Source: Macrostomum hystrix | Taxonomy: Eukaryota > Animalia > Platyhelminthes | Direction of reading: 5' to 3' | Assembly (NCBI GenBank): GCA_950097015.1 | Contig: CATNEN010000002.1 | Coordinates: 1,178,001-1,242,000 of the forward strand | DNA length: 64,000 nt | Part shown: positions 61,401 through 64,000 of the stretch, one piece after another | Position numbering within the stretch: the first letter of the stretch is position 1 | Layout: each line of letters opens with the position of its first letter | Made by a program: the position numbers and the translations under genes | The notes under the pieces: generated by a model | What the model saw: the letters and a program-made list of their open reading frames with translations, nothing else | The model's database searches: none | Told to the model about the DNA's origin: nothing

Positions 61401-62234
61401 CCACAGCCCCAACTCTGCAAATCTACCACGCCGACTAAAGCAGTCGGTCTCTGACTGGCTAGGGAACACACACGGACGCGAGAAAGAGAAGCGCTGATTG
61501 GAGGAAAAACTGCCTTGATTGTGGCCAACTGAGACAGCTGGCACTGAAAGTTTAAAACAAAATGGGCATTCATTGATTTCGAGAGCTAGATCTAAACATT
61601 AACTAAGAGTTGTAATTACAAAAGGCATTGCCAAGACTAGAGAAAAAACTTTAATAAATTCAAGCCTTTGCTTGGACACTGAGCAGTAAGTTTAAATATT
61701 GCTTGCAAATGAGCCACTTTATTATACCCTTCACTTGCCTACATTGTTATACTCTATTCATTCGAGTTCCGCTTTAGTAAACAGTTAGGAAAAAGATAAA
61801 AAAATTAAATTAGTAGAACTACTAAGGCTAGCTGAAAATTGTTCAATAAAACGGCATTTGTAAAGTTTTAGAAGAGCAAGCGAGTATAGAATGGGTTTAG
61901 GACGAGCACTATCTCATCAAGATCCCGAGCTGCGCAATTAGGATTAAGCTGCCAAATTGAATGGCACTACAAAACGCTTACACAGCATTAGGCCCTTTAA
62001 CCCAAGCAGAAGTGGATTATGAAATATCGCAAAGGACTTTATGCGAAATTGGAATGAAGATAAGATAGAATCAAAAGCGGCTGTTACTGAAAAAAACTTC
62101 TTTTTTAGCTAGAGCACAGAATGAACACAAATGTTTGCAATCTGAAAAAAATGGCTAGTCGATATAAAAAAGACAATAGTTTTTAGTTAAGAATGCTCAT
62201 CTTAGGATTATAATTGACAAACAATAACTAATAA

Positions 62235-62430
62235 ACCAGATGTGCCTGATGTACAGCTTTTTAGTCCATAGACTGCGGAGGCCGCAACACCTGCCAAAAT
62301 GTCTCTACCTGCTGATTTTGGTACCCATTTTACAGCTGGGTGAACTGAAGCCATGGGGAATTTAGTTTACTGCTCAAGGACAGAATGTTTTACTCTGATT
62401 GAGTTTTAAACTTCGAACCCCTCGTTCAGA
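62235..62430 (-). mobile_element. SINE family A, degenerate copy
   Basis: tagtccatagactg...ggtacccattttacagctgggtgaactgaagc...tgctcaaggaca...cttcgaacccctcg. Confidence 0.6.
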
Positions 62431-63022
62431 TTTTCGAAGCACTAATATAATAATAGTTAGAATGAACAGCATTATGACCGATAATTAAACGACAAAGCTG
62501 AGGCATAGAAGCCTATAATATTATGCATGAATATGAATAGCGCACTTTTAATACTGTTCAGACACCTAAAACGCTACATCATGGATTTTTTTCAAACTAA
62601 ATATTCCAACACGCTAAAACACCCACTTCAGCCGCACTTGCTTTTCGAGGCCGAAGATTCGAGAAAAAAACAGCGGAGAAAATAGAATCGTCCCACAGTG
62701 CAGCTAACAGGAGCGGCACAGCCTAGCTGGTTATCGGATACAAGGCCAAGCTCTATATAACTAACTGAGAGATAGGAAAGAAAAGGAATAAAATCTGCCA
62801 CTCGCTTCGTTCCCACACGCCAGCCAAGCTCAGTAAAGCCTCCCAGCAAGTCAGTGCTTACAACTTGTATGCACAATTAGCTTTGCGCCAGTCTTATAGA
62901 TGTCAGTGAGTTAAATCTGGCTAAGCAATGTCTCTTAATACTGACTTGCGCTGACAGACTAGATAGATCTGAATAAATTCAGCCAAGGAAAAGTGATTAG
63001 AGTCTTCAAAACAAACAATAAA

Positions 63023-64000
63023 ATGCAGCGACTCAACAAACAATTACTCTTCCTATCAGTGGTATTATTGATAGCTTCGCCATTAAATGCTCGATCTGTC
63101 AGGAGTCTTAGACCAAGTGCGGAGGCCAGGTGCGTTTGCAACTTCACCCAGATGGATGCTGAACTTAAAGAGCTCTACAGACCAGGTCGGAACCACGCAG
63201 AGATGGTGTTCAGCTTCGTGCATACCCTAATATCCTTGAATTTCAAGCTAACAGTCTACCTGAAAGAATTTCGCAACTGCGTCCAATTCTGGTTAGACAG
63301 GACAGGGCAATGCGAGGCAGACTGCTCGTGTGAACCGGGTTCCGTCTGCTGCAGGGACAACAGCTTCGACTCTCTGGAGAGCAGCGCGCTGACATTAAAG
63401 AGTCAAGTAAAGAATTCCTTTACGGCCTACTCGCACATAGCATTTCTAAACGAATATCAGAGCTCAACGTTTGACATTGTAAATGTTTTCTCAAGCGCAT
63501 TCCTGGAGTTTATCAATTCGCTTAAGCAAGACAAGAGTAAGGCTGAGAATGAAAGGCATCACTATCTGGCATTTTTTAAACGTATGGGTCAGAGCGAACC
63601 ACTGAAGGCCATATTTGCCCAGACAATGCCTGCTAAAAATGCCAGTCAATCGATTGTAAATCAAATAGCTAACCACTATCACTGCGACACAACTAAAGTG
63701 CTGCCATTCTATCTCAACGTTTACGGCGTCGTGCTTCAGTACTTGTTCATGAACGAGCTGCACAAGGAGCTGACGGAATCAAAGGCGGTAAATACCAAGG
63801 CTAAGGCTACAGACGACTTCTTTACAGAAGAGAAAGATATTTGGCGAAGCTACCTTCGACTAGCCGACAACATGACTAAGCACATCATATTCTGCAGTAC
63901 GAAAGAGATTCACGCAATCAGATCGCAGGAGATCAGAGAGAAAGACATGGCAATGCGCAACGCGGCAATCGTGTTCAGCAGCTTTCTAATAATCCTAATT
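63023..64000 (+). CDS. Orphan secreted or type I membrane protein, 3'-partial (>=326 aa)
   Basis: Uninterrupted frame from ATG 63023 to the window end: MQRLNKQLLFLSVVLLIASPLNA-RSVRSLR..., Cys cluster CEADCSCEPGSVCC, helical body, ending in hydrophobic AAIVFSSFLIILI. Not in the ORF track because the stop is outside the window. Confidence 0.8.
   Translation, partial: MQRLNKQLLFLSVVLLIASPLNARSVRSLRPSAEARCVCNFTQMDAELKELYRPGRNHAEMVFSFVHTLISLNFKLTVYLKEFRNCVQFWLDRTGQCEADCSCEPGSVCCRDNSFDSLESSALTLKSQVKNSFTAYSHIAFLNEYQSSTFDIVNVFSSAFLEFINSLKQDKSKAENERHHYLAFFKRMGQSEPLKAIFAQTMPAKNASQSIVNQIANHYHCDTTKVLPFYLNVYGVVLQYLFMNELHKELTESKAVNTKAKATDDFFTEEKDIWRSYLRLADNMTKHIIFCSTKEIHAIRSQEIREKDMAMRNAAIVFSSFLIILI

Noticed and set aside
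59000-62900. Decayed transposon or gene in the AT-rich stretch
   Set aside because: Only short ORFs without recognisable motifs or consistent splice phases.

Overview
Eukaryotic (metazoan) genomic DNA with spliceosomal introns. Style: GC-rich exons, polyQ/polyA tracts, introns packed with minisatellites. This is compatible with a free-living flatworm such as Macrostomum, but that is an unverified inference. Genes reconstructed by hand with frame-consistent splice junctions: (1) the 3' part of a laminin beta chain (+, <1-10427, 17 exons, one GC-AG intron); (2) a type I membrane Ig-domain receptor (+, 21708-25511); (3) a DEG/ENaC (FaNaC/ASIC-like) channel (+, 32006-38687); (4) a universal stress protein with a pure (CAG)19 polyQ (-, 39991-41030); (5) a ~1173-aa WD40-like orphan (-, 44951-51336); (6) a low-complexity 175-aa ORF downstream of an RFX X-box (-, 52827-53354); (7) EMRE/SMDT1 (-, 55536-55832); (8) RPL41 (-, 58410-58487, missed by the ORF track); (9) a signal-peptide ORF running off the window end (+, 63023->64000, also missed). 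A 3'-truncated Ty3/Gypsy element (one LTR, PBS, gag-PR-RT) sits inside a 24-bp satellite at 11.6-18.2 kb. Roughly 18-19 kb (my estimate) is tandem repeat, and two tRNA-headed SINE families plus MITE-like dispersed repeats are present. The most unusual patterns: seven different minisatellites share one core, CTGTTAGA; almost every intron of two genes is filled by its own private array; and a 2.4-kb CU-rich array starts exactly at a stop codon. No CRISPR array, rRNA or bona fide tRNA was found. The very long ORFs in the track over repeats are artefacts.
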